Shown piece after piece: positions 29,312 through 38,453 of a stretch of 64,000 nucleotides of DNA. Each line of letters begins with the position of its first letter. Within the stretch, counting starts at the first letter, position 1. The stretch is taken from NCBI GenBank assembly GCA_038851755.1, contig JAWCKR010000003.1, positions 44,345 to 108,344 of the forward strand, written 5' to 3'. The notes under the pieces were generated by a model. It was not told where the DNA came from and searched no databases. It worked only from the letters and a program-made list of their open reading frames with translations. Source of the stretch: Candidatus Hadarchaeales archaeon (GTDB taxonomy: Archaea; Hadarchaeota; Hadarchaeia; Hadarchaeales; WYZ-LMO6). Made by a program: the position numbers and the translations under genes.

Positions 29312-29598
29312 GGAGATTCGTGAAAAAGCTAAGGGAAAAGATAAGGGTCGAAAAGGTCATCCTGTTCGGCTCACGGGCGCGCGGAGATCACTTGGAGGAC
29401 AGCGATGTGGATCTGATAGTGGTATCGAGGGACTTTGAGGGATTACCCTTCTTCGAGCGGATGGACAAACTGATCCTCCTATGGGAAAGTCCGCTCGATC
29501 TAGAGCTTCTTTGCTACACCCCAGAAGAATTCGAGAGAAAAAGGAAGGAAATAGGCACGGTGAGGCAGGCTGTGAAAGAGGGGGTAGAAGTGGTTTAG
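29284..29598 (+). CDS. Minimal nucleotidyltransferase (MNT) antitoxin
   Basis: LFGSRARGD..DSDVDL and YTPEEF motifs. Confidence 0.9.
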   Translation: MGGEENEEVRRFVKKLREKIRVEKVILFGSRARGDHLEDSDVDLIVVSRDFEGLPFFERMDKLILLWESPLDLELLCYTPEEFERKRKEIGTVRQAVKEGVEVV

Positions 29599-29805
29599 AG
29601 GCATAGGGGGCGACAGGTGAGTCCCCCTCGAGACTCCCACAGAAGATTCTCTCACATTCTTGAGGCCGACCGGCAATACACCTGGCTCCGACCTCCTCAA
29701 GCTCCTCGAGGTGTGCGCTCTGAAGTGACTTATTTGAAAGTGTTTTAGCTTATCCCGCCTTTTTCTCGATGTGCGTAGTCACTCGAGCTCGTGAGCTTTC
29801 TAGAC

Positions 29806-29975
29806 CTAGGAACCGAGGAGCCATCTCCAGAGAGGAGTGAAGTGAATCCTGCTTCCCCTGAGTTCTGCCGAGTCCTCATAGTCCCAGGTGAGAACTTCCA
29901 GCTCCTTGCATCTCAGCGTTTCCCCAGCCCGGAGTAGCCCATCAAGCTCTCTTTTCTCTACCTCGTCCTTTTCGC
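29806..29975 (-). pseudogene. C-terminal fragment of an AAA+/DUF4143-type ATP-binding protein
   Basis: KRELDGLLRA...VLTWDYED...IHFTPLWRWLL is typical of that family's C-terminus; no upstream ATPase domain. Confidence 0.65.
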
Positions 29976-30212
29976 TAGCATTTTTACAAAAACCACGACA
30001 AAAGGTTCCAAGAGGATTAGCACTTTCAGCAAGTCTAAAAAAGATTGGGATAATTCCAAAGTAGGTTTCCACTCAGCTTCTGTTGTGACCGAGTTTTCTA
30101 ATTGATTTAAGATTTCCTTCCCGAGTTCTATCTCCACCTCGTTTGAATCTGGTATCATCAATCCGATGATTATAGCGGTCATTAAGCCCATTATTCCGAT
30201 TACGTGCTTCAT
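29958..30212 (-). CDS. Small AT-rich hypothetical membrane protein
   Basis: 84-aa ORF with two hydrophobic stretches and atypical composition. Confidence 0.4.
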   Translation of the reverse strand: MKHVIGIMGLMTAIIIGLMIPDSNEVEIELGKEILNQLENSVTTEAEWKPTLELSQSFLDLLKVLILLEPFVVVFVKMLAKRTR

Positions 30213-30258
30213 GTCAATAATTCTCTTTTTTCAGTATTAAGCGCGAAAAAATATTCAG

Positions 30259-31506
30259 TTATTCCTTCTCCCCGAACGGATTCCCCGTCCTTCGTATGTT
30301 CTCCGCCACCGAGGCGTGGGGAGGGAGGACCAATCCCCTCGCGCACGTCTCCGCCCTCAGCCTCTCGATGATCCTCGGGAAGTCTATGGAGCCGGGGCAG
30401 ATCTCCCTGCAGGCCCCGCAACCCGTGCAGGCGAAGAGCCCTGCCCTCACCGCCTCCTCGGGCCCCAGCACGAACCAGGTCCTGACCACCCCTATGGGTC
30501 CCGCCCCCACCCTCGAGGAGAAGGCGTGGGCCGTCTCCAGCAGGACGGGGCAGACCGAGAGGCAGGCCCCGCAGTTGCAGCAGTACAGGACCTCCTCCAG
30601 CCCCATCCTCGCGGCCTCCCTCCTCCACCCGTCCAGCAGGATCACGTGCACCTCCTTGGCCCCGTGCATCCCGAACTGCTCTATCCCCATCACGTCCGCC
30701 GTCCTGGAGGGCCCCTTGATGAAGGAGTGGTAGGCCCCGGTCACGGTCAGGAAGGTCTCGCAGGTCTTCATCACCGTGGCGGCCTCCTCCAGCGTGGGTA
30801 CGATCTTCTCTATCCCGGCCACCGCCAGGTGCTTCTCCGGCAGCCTGGTGATGAGGCTGATGTTCCCCTCGTTCTCCACCAGCCCCACCGCCCCCTCCTC
30901 CGCCGCGATGGCGTTGGCTCCGGTCAGTCCTACCCTCGCCCCCAGAATCCTCTCCCTGAGCTTCCCCCTGGAGGCCCTGATGATCTCCTCCACATCCGCG
31001 GGCAGCTCCCTTCCCACCTCCTTCGAGAGGGACCTCGCCACCTCCTCCAGCGTGAGGTGAACGGCTGGGCCCACGGGGTGCAGCGGTTCCTCTCCCGCCA
31101 GCTGGATGATCCTGTCCCCCAGGTCGGTCTCCACCACCTCCACCCCTTTTTCTTCCAGCCTCTCCAGCAGGTCGAGCTCCTTCAGGGTGTTGGACTTCGA
31201 CTTCACCACCACCTTCTCCCCTTCCGTTTGCTTCAGCAGGTACTCCACCGCTTCCCCGCCCGTCCTGGCTTCGAAGACCTCGCACCCCACCGCCCTCAGG
31301 GAGTCCTTCGCCTGGCCCACCAGCTCCTCCAGCCTCCCCACCGCCTCCTCCTTGATCCCCCTGTACCTCTCCTTCATCCTCCTCAGCTTCCCCTCGTCAG
31401 CCCTCAGCCTGGAGAGGACCACCGAGGCGATCACCTTCAACGTGTCCGCCCTCCCGCTCTTCATTTCCCTCCCGAACCTCTCCCTGGTCTCCTCGTACAG
31501 GCCCAT
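30259..31506 (-). CDS. LutB-like LUD-domain iron-sulfur protein
   Basis: KSKS, ETDLGDRIIQL, ENEGN and GPSRTAD motifs; two CxxCxxCxxxCP. Confidence 0.9.
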   Translation of the reverse strand: MGLYEETRERFGREMKSGRADTLKVIASVVLSRLRADEGKLRRMKERYRGIKEEAVGRLEELVGQAKDSLRAVGCEVFEARTGGEAVEYLLKQTEGEKVVVKSKSNTLKELDLLERLEEKGVEVVETDLGDRIIQLAGEEPLHPVGPAVHLTLEEVARSLSKEVGRELPADVEEIIRASRGKLRERILGARVGLTGANAIAAEEGAVGLVENEGNISLITRLPEKHLAVAGIEKIVPTLEEAATVMKTCETFLTVTGAYHSFIKGPSRTADVMGIEQFGMHGAKEVHVILLDGWRREAARMGLEEVLYCCNCGACLSVCPVLLETAHAFSSRVGAGPIGVVRTWFVLGPEEAVRAGLFACTGCGACREICPGSIDFPRIIERLRAETCARGLVLPPHASVAENIRRTGNPFGEKE

Positions 31507-31507
31507 C

Positions 31508-32203
31508 TCATCCCTCCATCAGGTCCCTCACCAGCAGGGAGAGGTCCCTCACCTCCACCCTGCCGTCCGCGACCTCCCTCAGGTGATGATAGCAGAAGGG
31601 GCAGGAGGTCACCAGCAGCTGCGCGCCAGCTTCTAGGGCGTCCCCCACCCTGGTGCTCGAGACGGCCGAGGAGAGTTCCCGGAAGGCCGACCTCACCCCT
31701 CCACCCGCCCCGCAGCACCTGGAGAACCCGCGGGAGAGGGACATCTCCACGAGCTCCAGCCCGGGTACGCTCTTCAGGACCTCCCTGGGTTCCTCGTACA
31801 GCCCCCATTCCCTGCCCAGGTGACAGGAGTCGTGATAGGTGGCTCTCACTTTCCTCTCCCCGAGTCTCAGCCTTCCCTCCCGCACCATGTCGCGCAGGAG
31901 CTGGGTGAGGTGGAGCACCTCCACCCCCGGCAGGGAGTACTCTTTGCGGAAGGTCGAGTAGCAGCCCGGGCAGGCCGTCAGGAGCCTCCTCACTCCAAGC
32001 CTGGAGAACTCCTCCTCGTTCTTCTTCCTCACCTCCTCCGCCTCCCCCACCTGCCCCGTTCTGAAGAGCACGGAACCGCAGCAGGTCTCTCGGTCGAAGA
32101 GGCGGAAGGGCAGGCCCAGCCTCCTGAGGATTTCCACCGTGGCCTCCGCTATCTCCCTCTCCCTGAAGGTGCTCATGCATCCCCTGAAGAACCAGAGCTC
32201 CAC
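31508..32203 (-). CDS. CCG-domain (Fe-S)-binding protein (LutA/HdrB-like)
   Basis: TCCGS, ACPGC, YHDSCHLGR, CCGAGGG and SCPFC motifs. Confidence 0.9.
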   Translation of the reverse strand: MELWFFRGCMSTFREREIAEATVEILRRLGLPFRLFDRETCCGSVLFRTGQVGEAEEVRKKNEEEFSRLGVRRLLTACPGCYSTFRKEYSLPGVEVLHLTQLLRDMVREGRLRLGERKVRATYHDSCHLGREWGLYEEPREVLKSVPGLELVEMSLSRGFSRCCGAGGGVRSAFRELSSAVSSTRVGDALEAGAQLLVTSCPFCYHHLREVADGRVEVRDLSLLVRDLMEG

Positions 32204-33343
32204 CTATCCCCACCTCTCCAGCAGGAACTCCACCAGGTCCATCACCCTGAGGTTGTAACCGAAGGCCTCGGCCGCCTCCTTCAGCTGCCGCAGGCAGAAG
32301 GGGCAGGCGGTGACCATTACTTGGGCTCCAGTCTCCCTCGCCTCTTCCAGCCTCCCCCTGGCCACCTGCTTGGAAGCGTCAGGATAGCCGGCCCTGAAGC
32401 CACCTCCCGACCCGCAGCACCAGGAGTTCTCCCTGTTCCTGGGCATCTCCACGAGTTCCACCCCGGGGAGGGAGGAGAGCAGTCTCCTCGGCTCCTCGTA
32501 CACGCCCATGTGCCTCCCCAGGTGGCAGGGATCGTGATAGGTCACCCTCACCTCTTCCCCCCCCTCCAACCTCAGCCTCTTCCTCTCCCTTTCAAGTAGC
32601 TGCACGAGGTGCAGGACCTCCACGTCCGGCTCCACCCCCAGCTCGGGGTAATCGCTCCTCCAGGCCCTGTAGCATCCGGGGCAGTTCACCACCACCGTCT
32701 TCGCCCCCCTCCTCCTCACCTCCTCCAGGTTGTGCCTGGCTATTCCTTCCACCCTCTCCCCGTCCACCTCCCCCTGCCCCGTCCTGAGGAGGAAGGAACC
32801 GCAGCACCACTCGTCCCTGGGGAGCGTGAACTCCATCCCCATCCTCCCCAGCAGCTCCACCACCCCCCTCGCCAGTTCCTTCTCCCGGTAGGAGGAGGTG
32901 CAGCCCACGAAGTAGACCAGGGGGGCCTTCTCGGGGAGGTTCGTCCCGGGGGGGAGCCAGGAGAACCTGCCGGCGTGGGGCTCCAGGTAGGGGTTGTGCT
33001 CCTTCGCCACATGACCTCCCCTCTCCGCGTACTTGGGGGGAAGGAACCCCCTTTCCCGCAGTCTTCCCCTGGCCGCTTCTATCGCTTTCGAGGGTCCCGC
33101 CCCCACGGGACAGACCGCGTCGCAGTTCCCGCACAGGATGCAGGAGAACATCCTCTCCGCCAGGGAGGGTGAAGGGGAGAGGTCCCCGCGGAGCAGGTGG
33201 GCGCAGAGGGCCATCCTCCCCCGCGGTGCCTTGGATTCGATCCCCCAAAGCTCAAGGGAGGGGCACTGGGTGCGACAGAGACCGCAGGCGGTGCTGGAGC
33301 TCATGCAGGCGTTGACCTTGGTGCGAAGCTCCTCCAGCCTCAT
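32204..33343 (-). CDS. HdrD/GlpC-like Fe-S oxidoreductase (2x[4Fe-4S] plus 2 CCG)
   Basis: C..CGLCRTQCP, CILCGNCDAVCP, WCCGS, YHDPCHLGR and CCGSGGG motifs. Confidence 0.9.
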   Translation of the reverse strand: MRLEELRTKVNACMSSSTACGLCRTQCPSLELWGIESKAPRGRMALCAHLLRGDLSPSPSLAERMFSCILCGNCDAVCPVGAGPSKAIEAARGRLRERGFLPPKYAERGGHVAKEHNPYLEPHAGRFSWLPPGTNLPEKAPLVYFVGCTSSYREKELARGVVELLGRMGMEFTLPRDEWCCGSFLLRTGQGEVDGERVEGIARHNLEEVRRRGAKTVVVNCPGCYRAWRSDYPELGVEPDVEVLHLVQLLERERKRLRLEGGEEVRVTYHDPCHLGRHMGVYEEPRRLLSSLPGVELVEMPRNRENSWCCGSGGGFRAGYPDASKQVARGRLEEARETGAQVMVTACPFCLRQLKEAAEAFGYNLRVMDLVEFLLERWG

Positions 33344-34815
33344 CCTTCCCTCCACCACCTCTCCATCAGGGCCACCCTGGGGATGCCCTCCAGGGCCATT
33401 TTCCCAGGGTTCAGGATTCCCTGCGGGTCCAGGAGCTTCTTCAGGGAGCGCATGAGCTCCAGCGCGTACCCGTGCTCCTCCTCCAGGTAGGGGGCTTTCC
33501 ACAGTCCCACCCCGTGCTCCGCGGTGAGGGTTCCGCCCAGAGAAAGGGCAAGCTTTATGGCCTCCTCCTGGAAGGACCTGGCCCTCTCCACCTGCTCGGG
33601 AGACTCCGGCACGAAGGTGGAACCTATGTGTACATTACCGTCACCGACGTGACCAAAACATACCCCCATGATGCCTTTCTCCTCCATGAGGGCCTTGACT
33701 CTCCTCACGTATTCCAGCATCCGAGAGAGGGGCAACCCCACGTCCACGGAGGCCTGAAAGACCAGCCTGGGGGTCTCGGGCGGGGGAAGGAGCTTGGTGA
33801 GGGAAGCGCTGATCTTTTCCCTGGCCTCCCACAGCCTCCTTCCCAGGGCCTCGTCCTCCACCCCCAAAATTTCCGCTCCTTTTCCCCTGCACACGCTCAC
33901 CATCTCTTCCATCTCCCCCTCCACCGCCTCCAGGTACCTTCCATCCGAACGCAGCATGAGCGCTCCCTTCCCCTCTGGTAGGGAAAAGCCGCTCATGTTC
34001 AGGGCGAGGAGGCAGAGCTCGTCCAGCAGCTCCAGGGAGGCCGGGGTGATGCCCCTTCCCAGAATCTCCATGGCGGCCTCGAAGGCCCCCTCCAGCGAGG
34101 GGAAAATGGCCAGGTTGGTCCTGCGGATGGGGGGATAGGGCTCCACCCTCAGGGTTACCTCCGTGATCACCCCCAGCGTGCCTTCCGACCCCACGAAGAG
34201 GTCCTTCAGGGAGTAGCCAGAGGCAGACTTCGCGACCTTCCTCCCCAGCCTCACCACCTCCCCCCCTGCCAGCACCACCTCCAGGGAGAGCACGTAGTTC
34301 CTGGTGGCCCCGTACTTCACGGCCCCCGAGCCGCTGGCGTTGGTCGAGACCATACCTCCTATGGTGCAGGCCATGGCGCTCCCGGGCTCCGGAGGGAAGA
34401 AGTACCCCCTGCGCTCCAGCTCCCGGTTCAGCTCCGCGTAAGTGGCCCCCGGTCCCGCCACCACCATGCGGTCCTCCACCCTGGGCTCGATCCTGTTCAT
34501 CTTCTTGAGGTCCAGCACGATTCCCCCCTCCACCGGGATGAGCTGCCCCGCCAGGCTGGTCCCCGCCCCCCGGGGGATGATGGGTATGCGGTGGAGGGAA
34601 GCGAACCTGAGGATCCGGGAGACCTGGGCCGTGTCAAGGGGGGTGACCACGGCGTCGGGTAGGAACCTGAACTGCGGGAGGTACTGCTGGAGGCCCCTCA
34701 GGAAGTGATCGGCGGAGTAGGGGAGGAGGTCAACCTCTTCCGTGAGGACGTTCTCCCTCCCCACCATTCCTGCCAGTTCCCTCTCCAGTTCCTTCCTTCC
34801 CGGCCGGGAGCTCAT
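33340..34815 (-). CDS. FAD-linked 2-hydroxyacid dehydrogenase (GlcD/Dld family)
   Basis: PRGAGTSL, GSEGTLGVITE, HVGDGNVH, AEHGVG and LNPGK motifs. Confidence 0.92.
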   Translation of the reverse strand: MSSRPGRKELERELAGMVGRENVLTEEVDLLPYSADHFLRGLQQYLPQFRFLPDAVVTPLDTAQVSRILRFASLHRIPIIPRGAGTSLAGQLIPVEGGIVLDLKKMNRIEPRVEDRMVVAGPGATYAELNRELERRGYFFPPEPGSAMACTIGGMVSTNASGSGAVKYGATRNYVLSLEVVLAGGEVVRLGRKVAKSASGYSLKDLFVGSEGTLGVITEVTLRVEPYPPIRRTNLAIFPSLEGAFEAAMEILGRGITPASLELLDELCLLALNMSGFSLPEGKGALMLRSDGRYLEAVEGEMEEMVSVCRGKGAEILGVEDEALGRRLWEAREKISASLTKLLPPPETPRLVFQASVDVGLPLSRMLEYVRRVKALMEEKGIMGVCFGHVGDGNVHIGSTFVPESPEQVERARSFQEEAIKLALSLGGTLTAEHGVGLWKAPYLEEEHGYALELMRSLKKLLDPQGILNPGKMALEGIPRVALMERWWREG

Positions 34816-35408
34816 CTCCTCCCCCCGGCCATCCCGAGCTCCAGCGCCCTAAGGTTGGGGCTGTTTTCCCCGAAGAGCTCCACCACGACCTTCCTGAAGC
34901 TTTCTGGCCTGAGGGGTAGCCAGCCCGAGGCCGCCAGGCGCCCCACCATCACCACGTTCTGCATCCTGGCGTCCCCGGCCTCCCTGGCCAGCTCGGTGGC
35001 CTCCACCACCACGACCTCCCTCGAGAGCTCCCTTATGGCCTCCAGAACCTTCTCCACCTCGGGGTACTTTGTCTGCCCGGAGAGGACCTCGAGCGGGTAG
35101 ACAGGCCTCGGGTTCACCATCACCCTTATCCCAGGGTTGCCGTAGGTGCCCAGGGCCCTGAGGGTCTCCACGGGTTCAAACCCCAGCAGCACATCTCCCG
35201 TCCCCTCGGGCATGAGGGGGCTGTAGGTTCTCCTCCTGGAGAGCCTGAGGTGGCTCATCACCGGGCCCCCCCTCTGGGTGGCCCCGTAGGTCTCGCCCAC
35301 GGACACCTGGAAGCCTTCCTCCGTGGCGGCGGAGCCTATGAGCAGGGAGGCCAGCAGGTTCCCCTGTCCCCCCACACCCACCACCAGCACGTTCAATGGG
35401 TCCTTCAC
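34812..35408 (-). CDS. iorB: Indolepyruvate:ferredoxin oxidoreductase beta subunit
   Basis: GVGGQG and ETYGATQRGGPVMSHLR motifs; GTG start overlapping the iorA stop. Confidence 0.92.
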   Translation of the reverse strand: MKDPLNVLVVGVGGQGNLLASLLIGSAATEEGFQVSVGETYGATQRGGPVMSHLRLSRRRTYSPLMPEGTGDVLLGFEPVETLRALGTYGNPGIRVMVNPRPVYPLEVLSGQTKYPEVEKVLEAIRELSREVVVVEATELAREAGDARMQNVVMVGRLAASGWLPLRPESFRKVVVELFGENSPNLRALELGMAGGRR

Positions 35409-37327
35409 CCTCCCTCCTCCACCACGATGGCCCCTGCCGGGCAGAGCTCCGCGCAGAGCCCGCAGCCCGTGCAGAGGACCTCGTCTATCTTGGCCTTGTT
35501 CTTGGAGTAGTCCCAGATGTTGGCGGGACAACCGAGTACCCTGGAGCAGAAGGCCATGCAGCCGCACTCCTCCCCTATGCACTTCTCCTGGTCCACGTAC
35601 ACCCTCGGCTTCTTCTTCCTCTTCTCGCTCTCGGTGAGGGGACAGGGGTGCCTGAGCACCAGGACCCTGGGACCCCTCCCCTTCAGCATTTGGTGGAGGG
35701 TCTTGGTGGCCTCGTCCACCTCGAAGGGGTCACAGACCCTCACCTCCACCCCTATCCCCCTGCACAGGTCCTCCACCCTTATGGGGGGAGAGGGCTCGCC
35801 CGAGGCCGTCATCCCCGAACCGGGGTGGGGCTGGTGGCCCGTCATCCCGGTGGTGGAGTTGTCCAGCACCACGTGCAGGAGGTTGGAGGAGTTCCACTTC
35901 GCGTTGATGAGGGCAGGGATGCAGGCGTGGTAGAAGGTAGAATCACCGGAGACGGAGACCACGGGCCTTTCGAAGCCGAACCTGTCGAGCTTCCCGAAGC
36001 CACAGGCCGTCCCTATTCCCGCCCCCATGCAGTGGAGGGTCTGCTCCACGGAGAAGCCCGTGGGAAGGACCGCCATGCTGTAGCACCCTATGTCCCCCGC
36101 CACCACGGCCTCCCTCCCGTCCCACTTCAGGGCCCTCTTCATCACCCAGAAGGAGGCGCGGTGGGGGCATCCAGGGCAGAAGGCCATGGAGCGTCCTGGC
36201 ACGTACCCGCCCACCAGCTCCTCCGCCCTGCTCGCGTACTCCGGGGGCCTGGGGGAGTAGCCCACCCCCCTCAGGCCGGAGAGTGCCCTCAGGACCAGCT
36301 CCGTGTTGAGTTCTCCCACGGCGGGGATGTGGCCGCTCTTCTTCCCGTAGAACTGGAGGGGCCCCAGTCCCCTGGACGCGAACTCCGCGGCCAGCGCCTT
36401 CACGTTCTGCTCGAGGAAAGGATCTATCTCCTCCACGAACAGGACCTCCCTGGTGCGGCTGAGGTGCTTGAAGAGCAGCTCCTCGGGCAGGGGCCAGGTG
36501 GTTCCCAGCTTCAGGATCCCCACCGAGTCCTGGAGGCCCAGGAGCTCCACCGCCTCAGCGGAGTAGGTGTAGGAGGGTCCGGAGGTGAGGAGGAGGAGCC
36601 CCGGGTGCTCGGGTCCCTCGTACCGGTTAAAGGGGGAGGTCTCGAACTTCTCGGCAGCCGTCCTCATCTTCTGATGTAGCATGTCGTGGAACATGCAGGC
36701 GAAGGTGGAGCTCCCCGAGGTCCAGGGGGGAGGGACCACGAACTCGGGCTTCCTTCTTTCCCTGGAGAGGGGCCCCAGCTCCACCACCCCCCTGGAGTGG
36801 GAGAGCCTGGTCACGCTCCTCACCATGCAGAGGAGGCCCAGCTCCTCCGAGAGCTCAAAGGCCCACCGCGTCATCTCCTTAGCCTCCTGCGGGGTGGAGG
36901 GCTCCAGGAGGGGAATGTCCGCGAGCCTGGCGTAGTTCCTGGTGTCCAGCTCCGTGGTGGTGGAGTGGGCTGCGGGGTCATCACCGGTGACCAGCACGAA
37001 ACCCCCCTTCGTCCCCGACAGGTTCACGGTCATCAGGAAGTCGGAGCACACGTCCACCCCCAGGTTCTTCATGGCGGTGAGGGCGCGCAGGCCCGTGGCA
37101 GCGGCTGCCCCCGCCACCTCCAGCGCCACCATCTCGTTGGTGGACCACTCCACGTAGAGGTCGAACTCCCTCGAGGCCTCCAGCAGGGCCTCCACCACCT
37201 CGGAGGCGGGGTTCCCGGGATAACCCGAACAAACCTGCACCCCGGCCTCCAGGGCCCCTCTGGCTATGCCCTCGTTGCCGCTGAGCAGCAGCTTCTTCCC
37301 CGGTCTGTCCAGCCCTATCCTGCTCAT
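35405..37327 (-). CDS. iorA: Indolepyruvate:ferredoxin oxidoreductase alpha subunit
   Basis: GNEGIARG, GYPG, FCPGCPHR, GDIGCY and GDSTFYH motifs; C-terminal ferredoxin. Confidence 0.94.
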   Translation of the reverse strand: MSRIGLDRPGKKLLLSGNEGIARGALEAGVQVCSGYPGNPASEVVEALLEASREFDLYVEWSTNEMVALEVAGAAAATGLRALTAMKNLGVDVCSDFLMTVNLSGTKGGFVLVTGDDPAAHSTTTELDTRNYARLADIPLLEPSTPQEAKEMTRWAFELSEELGLLCMVRSVTRLSHSRGVVELGPLSRERRKPEFVVPPPWTSGSSTFACMFHDMLHQKMRTAAEKFETSPFNRYEGPEHPGLLLLTSGPSYTYSAEAVELLGLQDSVGILKLGTTWPLPEELLFKHLSRTREVLFVEEIDPFLEQNVKALAAEFASRGLGPLQFYGKKSGHIPAVGELNTELVLRALSGLRGVGYSPRPPEYASRAEELVGGYVPGRSMAFCPGCPHRASFWVMKRALKWDGREAVVAGDIGCYSMAVLPTGFSVEQTLHCMGAGIGTACGFGKLDRFGFERPVVSVSGDSTFYHACIPALINAKWNSSNLLHVVLDNSTTGMTGHQPHPGSGMTASGEPSPPIRVEDLCRGIGVEVRVCDPFEVDEATKTLHQMLKGRGPRVLVLRHPCPLTESEKRKKKPRVYVDQEKCIGEECGCMAFCSRVLGCPANIWDYSKNKAKIDEVLCTGCGLCAELCPAGAIVVEEGG

Positions 37328-37328
37328 C

Positions 37329-38381
37329 CTAAGCCTCCTTCAGGTAGCGGGCCCCCAGCCTCTCCCTCTCCTCCGCGCCCCTCCTCTTCTTCGTGAGGCT
37401 GGCCTCCCTCAGGTGCTCCAGCCTCTCCCTCTCCAGGGGTGCCGTCTCCACCTCACCCTTCCTTCTCGCCCCCTCGAAGAGCTCCCTTCCTCTCTCGCTC
37501 CTGAGGATCACGGTGTTCCATCCCTCCTCCCCCTCCACCATTCCCACGGAAAGGTCGGCCAGCTCCGCCGTCATGTCGAAGCAGATGCGGCAGGAGGGGG
37601 GGATGAAGCTCCTCACCTCGTCCAGGGAGAACTCCACCCTCCCGTCCTCCGTCTCAGCCACGAAGAGGTTGGCGGGAGGGGGAGGAATGTCGAACCTCCT
37701 CACCTTTCTTCCCCCCAGCTTCGCTTTCAAGAGGGCCCCGGCCTGGTGGGAGAGGGCCCAGGTGCAGAAGAGCCCCACCACCAGCCCCACCCTCGACACC
37801 TCCCACTCCTTCTCATAGGCCTGGATCTTCCTCAGGGCCAGCACCTGGCAGGGCGTGCCCACGAAGGCCACCCTTCCTCCCTCTTCCTTCCTCAGCAGCC
37901 TCACCACCTCCCCCACCGAGGGCGAGAGCAGGTACCTGGAACCCGCACAGCGGAGCACCTCCTCCTCCGTCCTGGCCACCGTGGGCTCCGGGTAAACCCC
38001 GTCGGGAGATCCCGTGAGGACCACGGAGTCCACCTCCCCTTCCCTCAGGGCGTGTAGCAGGAGGGAGGAGACCGTCCCACCGTACTGGGCCCTCCTCCTC
38101 ACCCCTTCCCTCCAAGCCCTGGCCTTGAGCACGGAGGAGTGGACCCCGAGCGAGGAATCGGTTCTGCGGGTACCGAAGACCCTTTCCTCCAGGCCGGGAA
38201 GGTCCACCTCCGTCCTGGGGCAGAAGAGGTAGCACCTGCCCTCCTCCCTGCCGCAGGGTTCCAGCATGACGGCCTTGCCCTCCACCGCGTTCAGGTAGGG
38301 GCAGATGGAGGTGCAGGCCCCGCAGCCGGCGCAGAGGCCGGAGGAAAGGACCTTGGACTGGAGTTCCAGGGGCCCGCCCAT
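37329..38381 (-). CDS. FrhB/FdhB-family F420-interacting flavoprotein with N-terminal ferredoxin
   Basis: CAGCGACTSICP, QYGGTVS, VGTPCQ, GLFC and CRICFDMTAELADLSVG motifs. Confidence 0.88.
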   Translation of the reverse strand: MGGPLELQSKVLSSGLCAGCGACTSICPYLNAVEGKAVMLEPCGREEGRCYLFCPRTEVDLPGLEERVFGTRRTDSSLGVHSSVLKARAWREGVRRRAQYGGTVSSLLLHALREGEVDSVVLTGSPDGVYPEPTVARTEEEVLRCAGSRYLLSPSVGEVVRLLRKEEGGRVAFVGTPCQVLALRKIQAYEKEWEVSRVGLVVGLFCTWALSHQAGALLKAKLGGRKVRRFDIPPPPANLFVAETEDGRVEFSLDEVRSFIPPSCRICFDMTAELADLSVGMVEGEEGWNTVILRSERGRELFEGARRKGEVETAPLERERLEHLREASLTKKRRGAEERERLGARYLKEA

Positions 38382-38453
38382 CCCTCCCCCTTCCTCTCCC
38401 AAAATTTAACCATGTTTCCGAAGGTGTTTAAGTTTTGAAACTGAAGGAAGCTG

